Below are positions 39,412 through 53,056 of a DNA stretch of 64,000 bases, piece after piece. The notes below the pieces were generated by a model that ran no database searches, was not told where the DNA came from, and worked only from the letters and a program-made list of their open reading frames with translations. This stretch comes from the human T2T-CHM13v2.0 reference genome, Homo sapiens. The stretch lies in assembly GCF_009914755.1 (NCBI RefSeq), contig NC_060927.1, one strand, 5' to 3'. Both the position numbers and the translations under genes were made by a program. The first letter of the stretch is position 1. The number at the start of each line of letters is the position of its first letter.

Positions 39412-40759
39412 TAGCTATCCCTCTCCGAATATTGGATAGGAATGTAATCACATTTTAACTGTTTTCAAGTGTGTGTTGTACTACTGGAGGGTACACAATT
39501 TCCAATTATCTGTTAAGGAGAAACTAAAAACATTTGAAACTTTGAACAGCTTTCATTTTGAGGCATTACAAGATTTTGAAAAAAACAAAACAAAAAACAC
39601 CCTAATGTTGAAGTTACTGTGGCCCTAAGAAAAGCCCTATGTTTTGATTATTTCGATTATGTCTTCTATCCTGAAAAGTAGCCATCTTACAGGGATTGCA
39701 AAGATCTAAGTCTGTTCTGGTATGCAAAGCGGGATGATTTTGAACTTGACACCAGCTAAGCCATTTCCCAGAGATTTATGAGGACTGATCAAAATACATT
39801 TATTATACTGGTAAAATGTTTCTATATAAATACAGTGATAGTTACTATTACTGATATTATAGGGTTTTTTTTTAATTCTGAAATGACTTTAGATACACTG
39901 CTCCCTGCTTGAAAATCTTGAGTCCTCCTTTTTGCTTGCTTTCCGTCTTTTTCTTCATTCCCTTAGGTTTTAAGAACAGCTACAAAGTTTTGAAATTGCT
40001 TTATAGTTTGGCTCTTTTAAAGCTATAGGCTAAGAATGTTGACACAGGAAGGTCTTCCATCCTGCTTTACCCATTAACGATGTCTATAATGCAGTATCAT
40101 TGTTTCCTCCTCACAGGAACTGACCGATATGGCCAGGAATACAATACAGTCTTAGTGATACAGAGTCATTTTGTGTCTGTTCTGAACATGATTTATGCTT
40201 GGTCCACAGTTAATTTTTATTTATTCTGTAAGTCCTTTTGAATAAATAAAAAGGTTTACAATGGAAAAGATCTTGTAGAATAAAGGGGAAAGGAACTGAA
40301 GAGTAATTAATTGCAAATCAGAATTACGTTTCTTATTTTATTGATACGCTTTCAACAGGTCCATAAAGTCACAATTATTTTTATAGTAATAGATTATGAT
40401 TTGCCTTTTGTGCTCTCATTCTCTTGTGAATATACAGTCAGGTTTTCCAGAGATCATATATTAATATGTGATGATATCACTGCCCTGACACCTAATGGAA
40501 TGTGTGCTTGTGTATTCTTGTGTTTTAAACATTTCTGAGTTTTAACATTTAATATGGTATATAGCAATAGATATGAACTACATAAACAAAAGCTCAGTAA
40601 TGAGTTTAAAAGAGCCCTGAGACCAGAGTTTGAGAACCATTTTTCTCTGGCATAGTTAAATTGAAGTTGCTGACTTTTCCTTGTAATCTCGTGTTTGTTG
40701 TAGGGAAGCATAACCTCTTCTCTTTCTGCTCTCTCAGGGGATAGGATGGGGAGTATTAT

Positions 40760-41054
40760 TTTAAGAGTCTTGCTCTGTCACCTAGGCTAGAGTGCAGTGG
40801 CACAATCAAAGCTCACTGCATGATCATAGCTCATTGCAGCCTTGAAATCCTGGGCTCAAGTGAACCTCCTACGTCAGCCTCCCCAATAACTACAGGCATG
40901 TGCCACCATCCCCCGCTAATTTTTAAAATTTTTTGTAGAGACAGGGGTCGTTCTGTGTTGCCCAGGCTGGTCTCAAACTCCTGACCTCAGGCAACCCTCC
41001 CTGCCTCAGCCTCCCAAAGTGCTGGGATTATAGGTGTGAGCCACCATGCCCAGC
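40760..41054 (-). mobile_element. Alu (J-type)
   Basis: Antisense diverged dimer. Confidence 0.9.
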
Positions 41055-41568
41055 TTAAAATGTGAATTTTAAGTGTGATTGGTGCAATTCAGGAAGGTGG
41101 CTCTTAACAGTTCTTGCTTAAAGGAAGAAAGCTGAAAATAAAGAGACAGAGATGTTTCTTAACAATACTGGCCAGAATTACTGTCTTTTGATGTACTCTC
41201 ATCACTGGAAGGGCCCAAGCATAAATCAAACAACTATTGAGAGTATTTTTAAAGAAGATTTATAGTTCAGATAGGGAACTATACTACGAGGAATCTAATA
41301 ATACAAAGTTCCTTTAAAACACACTTAAAATCCTATAATTTTGGGGCTGGAACCAATTTGGCTGCATGTAAATTTTAACAATAACAAATAAAATGGTGTT
41401 CTTGTTCATAGGTATCACCCAGTTAAATGCTTTCCCATTACATCTTTTAAAAAATTAAAATGAATTACAAAAATAGACTTTCTAATTTGTTAGCCCTGTT
41501 TCTTTCTCCCATTTAAATGTGATATATTTAACTTGCTTACTATTTTTTTCCTATGTATTTTATTTCAG

Positions 41569-41643
41569 TTGGTCGCATTATGTTTCAGCTCTTCTCAGAC
41601 ATATGTCCAAAAACATGCAAAAACTTCCTTTGCTTGTGCTCAG
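41569..41643 (+). CDS. NKTR: NKTR exon 3 (VGRIMFQLFSDICPKTCKNFLCLCSG)
   Basis: tttcag| ... CAG|GTAAGT; cyclophilin GRI..L..D..PKT..NF..LC motif; 75 nt, phase 1-1. Confidence 0.97.
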
Positions 41644-42068
41644 GTAAGTGAATTATTATTTCCAATGAGAAGCTGTGGCTTACAGTTTTACCTTGCTGAA
41701 CAGAATAGATATTTTCCTGGAAGAATAATGGACTCGTGAAATTAGTTTTGTGAATTAAAAAAAAAAAAGAGTTACTTATACTGACTTTTATATGAAATCA
41801 GGGAAGCATTTCTTAAGGGGAAGAGATTAGAAAGGAATGATCTCAAAAATGAAAAAGAGAGTAAGAATCTACGTTATATAATGGAATCTTCTCTATACAT
41901 TTTAATTTATAAAATAATAGCACACATTCAAAACTGATTTGGTAGAATTTTATGAATTTCACTACTTTGAAAAAATTTAGTATTCCAAATTTTACAATAA
42001 ATTTTAAATAAATAGAAAAAATGGGGAGGGAAACATCTATAATGTTACTTTAAAATTAGAACAAACTG

Positions 42069-42395
<327 letters not shown>

Positions 42396-42429
42396 TTACT
42401 TGGATACACATATGCAATTTTTGCACTAA

Positions 42430-42743
<314 letters not shown>

Positions 42744-43018
42744 CATTCTTTGACTAGAGTGATAAGTGTGTCTAGTATTATGTCCTATAGCATGTAGAGT
42801 CTGTACCACACAATTTTACATTTACATGCTGCTTTGTATTATTTATTTTGGTTTGCGTGCATGTGTGTATGTTAAATTATCATGTCATCTATTTCTTATA
42901 TCTCTTCCAGTGCCTAGCACACAGGAAAGATTTGACACAGGATTAATTGGTTTGTTCTTTCCATGGAAGGATGTATAAATAATTAAACTTCATTTCTTTT
43001 TTTTTTTTTTTTTTCCAG

Positions 43019-43126
43019 GAGAGAAAGGCCTTGGGAAAACAACTGGGAAGAAGTTATGTTATAAAGGTTCTACGTTCCATCGTGTGGTTAAAAACTTTAT
43101 GATTCAGGGTGGGGACTTCAGTGAAG
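43019..43126 (+). CDS. NKTR: NKTR exon 4 ([35 protein letters not shown])
   Basis: T18-ccag| ... AAG|GTAGAG; FHRVV..FMIQGGD catalytic signature; 108 nt. Confidence 0.98.
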
Positions 43127-43662
43127 GTAGAGCTAAAAGTTGTGTTCCTAATAACTCCATCTATCAGTTTTTAAAGTATTTCATTATTACTTTTAGTTCT
43201 AAATATTGTGTCAGTTACAGTATGATATAAAATGTGGTCAGTGAATACTTGTTGGATGAGTGAATATTATAGGTCCAGAATGTATGAAAAAGCAAAGTAC
43301 CACGTAAGACATTTTATTTTGTTTTTATGCAGTTTATTTTATTAATATTATAGTTACTTAGTGAATTCCTTTACAATGAATGCCAAAGTACTGTCTGATT
43401 GCTTTTGTTCTGGAATGTTTTTGGTGTTATTACTGTTTGAAATAAGTAGGTTGTGAAGATGACTTTTTTGATGGTATTTCTTGTAATGGGACTTGACATA
43501 TATTTTACAGATGAAGTTAATTGAGGACTCTGAGAATTTTGATTATTGCAGCAGTTATAACATTCCAAGGTTTCCTTCAGCGAATTGAAGCTATCAAAAA
43601 TGATTTCTGTGTTAGTATATTTTTAATGTTCATTATGGCTTAAAGTAGGTGATTATTTGCAG

Positions 43663-43707
43663 GTAATGGAAAAGGTGGAGAATCAATTTATGGTGGATAT
43701 TTTAAAG
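43663..43707 (+). CDS. NKTR: NKTR exon 5 (GNGKGGESIYGGYFK)
   Basis: ttgcag| ... AAG|GTAAGG; GGESIYG motif; 45 nt. Confidence 0.97.
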
Positions 43708-44014
43708 GTAAGGCTTAATATTTTACGGTCTTTTGTTTCAGTTCTGATATTAAAGCAAGTTTGATCATATACTTTTAATGAGAAGAGGTTTACTTATAGT
43801 TCACTTTTTGCATGAAACTAATGCTGCATGAAAATACTTTATTTGCATGAATTTGGGGATAAATTATATTGTAATATATAATTTTTAATTGACAAGATTA
43901 ATTAAGGCTAACTTTATGGTTAAACATGACTTTCAGCATGGAGGTTAGGCAACTATATACATGAAAACTCCTATCTTCCTGCCTAAAACTGTCAACATAT
44001 TCTTTTGTTTATAG

Positions 44015-44042
44015 AGAATGTGGTCTTTTGCAAAATGAAAAG
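44015..44042 (+). other. NKTR: Alternative 28-nt frameshifting (poison) exon of NKTR
   Basis: ttcttttgtttatag|...AAG|GTAAGA; inclusion gives ENVVFCKMKR* with a stop right after the junction to exon 6. Confidence 0.75.
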
Positions 44043-45427
44043 GTAAGAGAACGAAGCTCAGTAACACAAACTCCAATTCTGTTCCCTTGCACCCTTCCTA
44101 ATAAATTTATGGACAGTCTGGGTCAGGTTGTGGCTGGATTTCTATATTGCTTGAAGACTTGGAAAATTCTGTGTATTATTTCATACATGCTTCTGTATCT
44201 TTTTTCATTTCCCAATGGGTTATTAATTTCACATCAGAGAAAAGAGTCTAGTTGTGGGGTTTTTTTTCCCCTAAACCAAGCAATTTCTTTGAATAAAAGT
44301 TGAAATTTCGTTTTTCAAAGGTTTGTATGTTTTCTTTTGTATATTAGAACTATGACTGTGTTTATTCTCATAATAGTAGCATCTGCATAAATCTAACTAT
44401 TGCACTTGCCCCAAAAAGCCTTAGAAAAGTCAGTTGCAGAGATTTGTAATGAAATCTAATATTACTAGGTTTTAACGCTATAATAGCTTCAGTGTTATAA
44501 TAGTCTTTTATATTTCCTTTGGGGGAAAATGGATTACTACTCTTTTTCAGAAGCCTGTTCCCAAGGTAATCACTTTTTAAAGTTTTCTGTGTTTCTGTTT
44601 GTTCTGAAGAAGATTTGTTTGTATGAATGTTAAAAGGACATATAAGTTAGTTTTCAAGGATATTCCTGCTGGAATTAAAATAACTCTAAGTGATCTTTAT
44701 CACAGATTTTTTTTTCCTTTGAACTAGTAGGAAACAGCTATTTAGCTGGTTCTGTTATGTAGCAATTTAAAACTAATGCTGTAGGCCACTTTGTGGTTGT
44801 TCCTTGTGGCAGATACTTTTGTACCTTAAAATTGTATTTTGCTATTTAAATTTTTGTTTCACAGGGCTTTCTTCCTTAGATAATTTTGTGATACAATTGA
44901 GTATACACATACTTAATTTAGATATGTTCCTGTAACTTAATATAACATAATTTTTTTGTCTTACAGTCTAGCTTCAATTAAGTTGAATAATAAATTTACC
45001 GTATAAAAATTAAACACCTAAAAAGATTATTGAACTTCTTCCATGTATAGCACATTAGGCAAGCTAATTGGAAATTTGGAGGAAGTAAGCTAGAGATTTT
45101 TCTAAAATTTTATTAGTTTTCCCTGAAAGTTAATAATTTAAATATCATTTAGCCAAAGTATGTTACTACTAAAAGTGACTGTTCTAAGGCTGTTTGTGTG
45201 AAGTATTAAATATATGTTCTTTTCCTCAAGGCTTTAATTAGTATCTTTTGGCCTTTTTATGCTTTTGTTATTTGATTAGCTTAAATTTTTCTTTTCTGAG
45301 TGTTCAGTCAAGTTATCTGTACTGACCAGAAGAGGAATTTCATCTTTTGCTTTCTATTTATTACTTGAACATTACTTTAAAGTGACTTATAATTGGAGAC
45401 TGACAAATTTGTGTTTTCTTCAAACAG

Positions 45428-45515
45428 ATGAAAACTTTATTCTCAAACATGACAGAGCGTTCCTTTTATCAATGGCAAATCGAGGGAAACATACCAATGG
45501 TTCCCAGTTTTTCAT
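45428..45515 (+). CDS. NKTR: NKTR exon 6 ([30 protein letters not shown])
   Basis: caaacag| ... CAT|GTGAGT; DENF, LSMAN.G..TNGSQFFI motifs; 88 nt. Confidence 0.98.
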
Positions 45516-48500
45516 GTGAGTAGGCATAATTCAGAGATGAGCTTTTCTTAAACAGAGAAGCGCTGTTCATAAGAAAGATGGTATAGTTAAACCAAGTTTA
45601 ATGCTAAAATTCTGTCAGCTTTATTTTTATTATTAATTTCTAATATCATAGTAACTTATAAGGTCTAACAACTGCCTCAGCATTCAGCATATATCCTGAA
45701 TTGGAAGAATGGGACTTAAAAAATTTAAAACTTATACATTGTTTTCAAAATATGCCGTCATCTTCAGAAAAGATGACGGCATATTTAAGCCCCTGTCAAA
45801 TTCGAGTGCTGACTTTACCAAAACTAGATTGGAACATAAACTATTGATGAACATGTAAAAATTGTTCATAGACGAGTATTCAGTTACTGTACCCCCTCAA
45901 CAGGGAAAGCAGTTTGAGTAAACCATTGCATGGTTGTTTTTTCCTCTTACTGTTGCTCTTTGAGGCAATTTTGAGAGAGGTACTATTATTTTCTGATGTT
46001 GTATAGAGATAGGTGACCTGCTGTTGAGCGAGCATTTTAAAAAACTCATTTTATGAGGTCTCCATGCATAATTGAAATAACCCAATGTTGCTGTCATTTC
46101 CACCAAAATTTATGAGATTGTCACTCAGGAAACTTAAGAATACTAAATTTGCTTTTGAAAAAGCAAATATATTTACATGGATGTGCATTGCACAACCAAA
46201 AACTTACCTTTTTATTATCTGAAAATTCTAAATAAATCCTTTGGCATACTTTTAGTTATATTCTTATCTAAGGCTGCTTCAAAACCTATTTTTATCATAA
46301 TTCTATCATATAAAATGTGAAAGATAACTGTCCAGCATGAGGGTTATTGCTTTTGATTGGAAGTGAATCTCAGTTGTCCTATGTATGTTGGAGAAATATT
46401 TCATTAATAATTTATTGAAAACATTTTCTTTGTCATCTTTCTGAATGAATGAGTATGAATGGCGCTTCCCTGTCTTTAAAGGAGTATATTACTGACATAC
46501 AAAACTCAAATGTTAAATTTGTCTGAAAAATATATTTCTACATGATCTGATAAAGTTCAGATAAGGGGCATTCTGTTCCTAAGAATGTCCTAAAAATGGA
46601 AAGCTGATAAAAGATTATGCTTAGAATTATACAGGTAAAAGACCTACAACAGTTGTTCTCTTGTTTTGATCCCATAGGTTATTTGTTATTACTCTTCTTT
46701 AACAGAGTGATTTTCTATTCTTAACCTTCTTAAGAGCCAATACAGAGTAGAAAGAAATATTTTCAGAAAGCCTTTTTAATAGTAACTTAATGTAAAAATT
46801 GTTTATCCTTTGGTTGAGGTTTCCCATTTCCATTTTTAAGCTTATCTGAACTGTGAACATGAAAAACGTAATGATTCATTGGTCAAGAAGCTACCATTTG
46901 AGGGCTCTAAAGTTTCTTTTAGATTTCCTTTTTTATATCAGTACAATTAAAATTTGATTTATCAAGTAGCAGCAGCTTCTTGATATTGTTACATACATTA
47001 GCTTGTTCATAAAATGTTAGAGTTAAAACTCATTAAAAATGCTATCGTTAAACATAAACTAATTAAAATTCAGTATACGAGATTCTCCCTTCAAAAACAT
47101 CTTATTTTTATTTTATTTAGTACTTGCTTCAGTGTTTTCTAGGAATATCTAGTAAAGGCCTTTACTGTTTTCCACATGGCCTAATTTTATATTGGACTAC
47201 AATTTTTGAGAAGGAATGCCAAATACAAAATTTTGAATCAATAAATTACAATTATAATTTTTATACTTATTTTCAAAGTTAATTTACTTTAGATGGCAGT
47301 AAAATCACTGAACTTCTGATTGAAAGAAAATTTTTTAGTTTGAAATTTCCTTCTGGAAAGGGGTTTGCAGTCCCTTTGGAAAGGAGTAAGCAATCCTGGA
47401 AGTAATTGAGTATTTAATCCTCCTATATTTTTTCTGAAGATTTTTGTGTCAGTATACTTTCTTTATGCTGGCTAGAAAGATCAGTTCTCAAGAGTTGCAG
47501 GATAAAATCAAATTAACTTTCATGTTTCAGAACTAAAACATATCCTTGCATTTATGGGAAGGATAGGTAAAAATGGAGATGGTGGCTGATAAAATAAAAA
47601 TCTTTGAAACTATGTTTTTACAAGCCCAAAGCCTTTTGGAGTTGAAAGTATTAAAAAAAAGTATGATATGCTATCTTCAGGTTATGTATATGATCACAGA
47701 TAATAGCTCTGATGGTCACAGAGCTTGCTGATGGCTTCCAAAGGATGGCTCCTGCCTTTTACCTTGTTACCACAGCTCCTCATAGGGCACTTTGAGTGGC
47801 AGTTCTGGAATCTGAAAAAGAAAGGATAGTGTAAGAATGGTGGTAAAATAAAAAGAACTGTCTTTATAGTTCCTGCTTTATAGGCTCAATAAGGATTTTT
47901 AATACATCCTTGCAAAATTGTTTTTGTAGTTTTTGTTACAAATCTGTTACTTTGCAATTCCTAAGGAGTAGATTTGGTGCTGTTAGTATGGGTATTTGCA
48001 AGACATCCCTCAAGGATTCTTATGTTTTGTGCATTAACTACTGTCTTCATTACTTACACATCTAAAAACTCCCCCTTCCTTAGGCATATGTCATTTTTAT
48101 TCAACATAATTTTGCATATATTGCTTTCTTTGGCTGGAACAATTATATACATGATGAAAATCAGATTTTCTTCTATAAATCTATTTGTAATTTTTACAGT
48201 AACTTTATTTCTAGTACTGTATTTGTCATAATGATTTTGCTCTCGGGGGTCTATATAGAAGAAAACTTGATTCTTTTTGGAATAGTACTGCTCAAGAAAT
48301 GTGGAAGAAGTGATATATGGCACTATACCCATGAATCACTAAAGAAACAGTGGTTTTATTTTGAACATTTTTGAAGAAATTCAAAGATTTGGGACTAAAG
48401 TTACCAAGTTAATTTGGTATTTATTTTGTCCTTTGTATTCTTATTTTTTAGGTTAAAGAATAGGAAGAAACCACAATAAAAGCTGGAATTATAAAGTCAT

Positions 48501-51500
48501 AGAGTGGAAAGGGATTTAGAGATTATCTAGTCCAACCTTTTCATTCTGTAGATTATGCTAAATTCTTGAAAAGTCATGTAAAGTCCAGGTTATAGAAATT
48601 TTATTTACAATCTGGAAGAAACTGATAGCTAGAAAAAGAATGCTGCATACTTATTCATATTATTAATGCCTTTACTATAAATTTAAGCTTATTTAAGCTC
48701 AAAATTTTATTAACCACTCTGCTCTGAATTTATTTTAGTTAAGGATTAGAAGCATCAAACATTTTGCTGGAAAACAAAATGACATTTGGGGAAACATTCT
48801 TTCCCCTTTTGCTGTTACTGATAGCTTATTAATTCTGGCTGTAATTTTTTTGTCTTTATATACATTAATCAAAAAGACAAAGATGTTGTATAAAATAGTC
48901 ATGAAAAAGATTGAGTAAATAGTTTATAGCTTTGTAGTAACTTCTGGGATAGGACACTAATATAGCTGTCAGGAAACCTTGATTTTAGTTTCCTATGTAC
49001 CTTCAGTTCGTTTTTCTTAAACATTGGTATAAAAATATGGATGTAAAAGGAAGAAGGTATTTTGTAGGGTAGTTGTAAGTTCCTGAATGTGTGGAATGAT
49101 TTATGTGCAAACATTGTCTTGCCTAATGGAAATAGTCATAATTGCCTAGTTTTCATTAGTCTGAAAAATGTCTTAAAGAAGTATTGGGCTCATCTTAAAT
49201 CAAGAGCAACAGAAGTCTCTTCATCAGCTGCTGTTAGAACATGAGTCTGCGCAGCCATAGAGTAGGGATCTGCAGACCCTGCAAGAACAGTTCCTGTCAC
49301 TGGCCACTGTCAGTGGTCATTAATAATTATAACAATGTAAGAAAACAAGATAATATAGAAGAGTCAAACTTTGAACTTTAAACAAAACATGTTTGCTACA
49401 TTTTAACAGTCATAAATAGGGCAATGGGGGGGCGGGGCATAAGTTTTAGAATATGTTTTATGTCATTTAAGAATCTGACTTGCAAGTACCTGAATGGGAG
49501 AGAAGTGCTGATTATTACAAAGTAGTGGAGCAAGGAGAGTTGAGGAGTAGTTGGTTTTAAGGGGTTTGTAAAGCTGTGTTGATGTTTTGGGTAATAAAAC
49601 TAGATTCGGGGTAGAAATGCTTTTTCTACCCACGTATTCATAAATTTATGTAAGAAGAAATGCTAGTAAGTGTTAATAACCTGAGAAGCTCTAGCTTTTT
49701 CCTTCCTTTTTTTGGGGTAATACCTTCATATGTTAATTTCAGATTTTTTCATGAGCAAAGATGTTCGTGAAACTTAGCCATAAACCATATTCTCTGAATA
49801 TCAAGTGTCATCCCTAACATTCAGGCTTAATAACTTAATGTTTATGTGACTTACGTGCTAGCAATGTGGAAGAAATTTTTTATCTAGTAATGTTTGGTGT
49901 GTATTATCTTAACATTAGTGCTGAATTTTAGAAAGCACTTCTATTTTGGTGACTTTTGGAACACATGGGTAGAGCATTGTCAAGTGGCTTGGTTAGTTTC
50001 CATTACCCTTATACAAGTGTTGTCATTCTGTACAATTTGGTGCCTCTTCCCTGACAGTGTGATAGTTTCAGGAGTTGAAGGGAAAGCATTGCATGTTAAA
50101 AGCTAAAGTGGACAGAAGTTATCTTTATTTCCCTCTTCTGTACTACTTTACACCTACAGTCACTTATTTTTTTTTTTTGCAACATTCATTGAAAACTCCA
50201 CATTATTTCAAACATTATGTTCTTTTTTGACTTATTCATGTTGTCAATGCCTTTATGATAATTTTAAGCTTATTTTTAAATATTTCAAGATTTATTACAT
50301 TCAAAACTCTTATAAAGCATTTTGTTCATGGTATAATAGTATTTTGATCTGAGTAGTAATAGATTTATTTGTTTAAATATAGATAAAAATTGGTCAGTGT
50401 GTGTTCTCCAAAAAAAAATCTTGATAATGGGGAAAATCAGAGATTAGACAGGAAAAGAAGATATTGTGGCTAAGATTTGACTGCACTTACGCTTTCATCT
50501 CTCTTGCCTTTTTATTCTCTGAGAAGGTCCCTAAAATTGTAGTTAATGCTGCTTTATTATTATGTTCAGTGACTTAACTTCAATGTGTATCTAATATCAC
50601 TGAACAGTAACTAGGGTCCGAACATTTGCTCATTAACTCCTGAAAGTAGTCTGTTGTGATACGTCACCAAACAAAGGTTTCAAATGTAGAAGCATGAAAG
50701 GTTCTTTAATTATTTGATGTGAATTAGTTAAAAGTTCCTTGAAATTTTATTTTGGATGATCTTAACTCACTTTTTTCTAATGAAATTTTTGCTTTCAACT
50801 GGTAGTAACTGGTCCTGGGCATTCAGATTTTTATATTTATGTATGTATGCAAGATACACTATTCTCTTTTGAGAAAATGTTGTCTTAGCTAATTTCTGGG
50901 ATTTGTGAAAGGAAATGTAATATGTTAATAGCTATTATTGGCACTCTATGTTACAATATTAAGGATCTAAATAGATTCCCACTTAGCCACGATGCTTTTC
51001 TTAAGCATAATTCATCTCTACGTAAATATCCCATATGAAAGAAAATTTAGAGCCCTCCATTTAAAAAAGCTTTCTTGCTCTGCATAAAACTTGAAAATAA
51101 TTAATTTCAAAGTTATATTGATATTAAAACATAGATTCAGTCTTGTCTTAAAAGTGTATTACAATTTATTTCTTGCCATTTTTGTGTAAAATTTACAGAA
51201 AGAGTGTTACACCGTGCGCTCCAAAGGTAATGTCTCATTACTCTAAGGCTCTCTCTCTCTTTGCCTTTATCTCTTTAATTCTGTTGTTATGTGCATTGAA
51301 ACATTTTAAGAAAAAAAAAAACTTTCTGCTTTATCTGTATAGCAGCAGTACATGTAAAACAAGTGCATTTTATTTTTCATGGTTAATCCTGGGAACTATA
51401 TTTTAACTTCAGTGGCTTGTTTCCACCAAGTTCCTGTACATCTTCTGGTGGGGGAGTGGGGTTATTAGTTTATAGTATGGTTTTAGTTCTCATTTCAGTG

Positions 51501-52682
51501 TGGAATTAGTCATTTCTGTATAAGGGCAAAAGGTTCTCTGATAATGGTATAAAACTATAGATTGTTTTTGGAGTAGCAGTGACACTTGTCAATTTCTAAG
51601 ATTTATAAGGCTTAAATACCTTGCACACATGTTTTTTAAAGTAGATTCAGGGGTCGGGAAAACTGAAAAATCACTGTCTTTAAGTACAAGAGAAAAATGG
51701 AAATGCATAAATATTGAAAGGTTTTACAATTTGAAATGTTCTTTGTGGTTTTTTCTTTTTTAGGTATGTTTTCATAAGCATATATAAATTTAAACATTTT
51801 TGATAGCCTCTGGCCTTAACTTACTGAGCATGTGTCACCATTGCACAGCTCTTTAAACAGCCGCTTTTAAGATCAATGCAATTTTTCTTTTAATTGAAGA
51901 TTTTGAAAGATTAAGAGTTAGTGAGATGAGCTCTCTGCCTCTTTTAGTAGAATTGAATAGTCTGGATTGTGGATATTATTTCTCTCCGCCCTTTTGTAAC
52001 CCTCTTTGGCTAATGTCCTCTGTTCATCCACGTATTAGCCAAGTGCCAGTAACCCTGCTTTACATTGGGATTTCTACTCCTGGAATGTAGGTTGAGAACC
52101 CCAGAGGGCTTCTTTTTGTTAAATACTTTTAGTATTCTTAATATGTAATCTAATCCAATTAAAGTGCAGACTTATATTTCTGTATCTTGAGTTGCAGATG
52201 CAAGTAATGGACTTTAATCATTCATATCAGGTTTAGGCACTATGGGCAGGCTGAGTTGTCCTTGAAATAGTCATTCGTGTCTTCATTTGTTTTCTGCACT
52301 ACTGCTATAAAGGACCAAGTTTGCCTATTCTTGGCAGTTTTCATTTGAATTAAAAACTAAACTTGAATGTCATAAAGATAGCTATTCCATCCTCAAATTG
52401 AGTCTCAAGTAGTATGTTGCTGCATCGCTACACTACTCTGGAATGTTTTATTCCACCATTTTCTCCAAAGGTTTGCCATAAAGTGGTTTTTACAGCCTTT
52501 CTATCAGCCAAGATGGCAAATTGAATTGGGCTCTTTATGTTTTAAGAAAAATTTGCAGGCTTTCCCCAATACTGCAGGATCTGTGAGTCATGGGAGGAAC
52601 GGATCAAAGAAGGAGAAGGAATGTATCTAATCAGGAAACCATACATCGTTTTTACTTCTAAATATTTGGGGCTGATCCCTTA

Positions 52683-53056
<374 letters not shown>

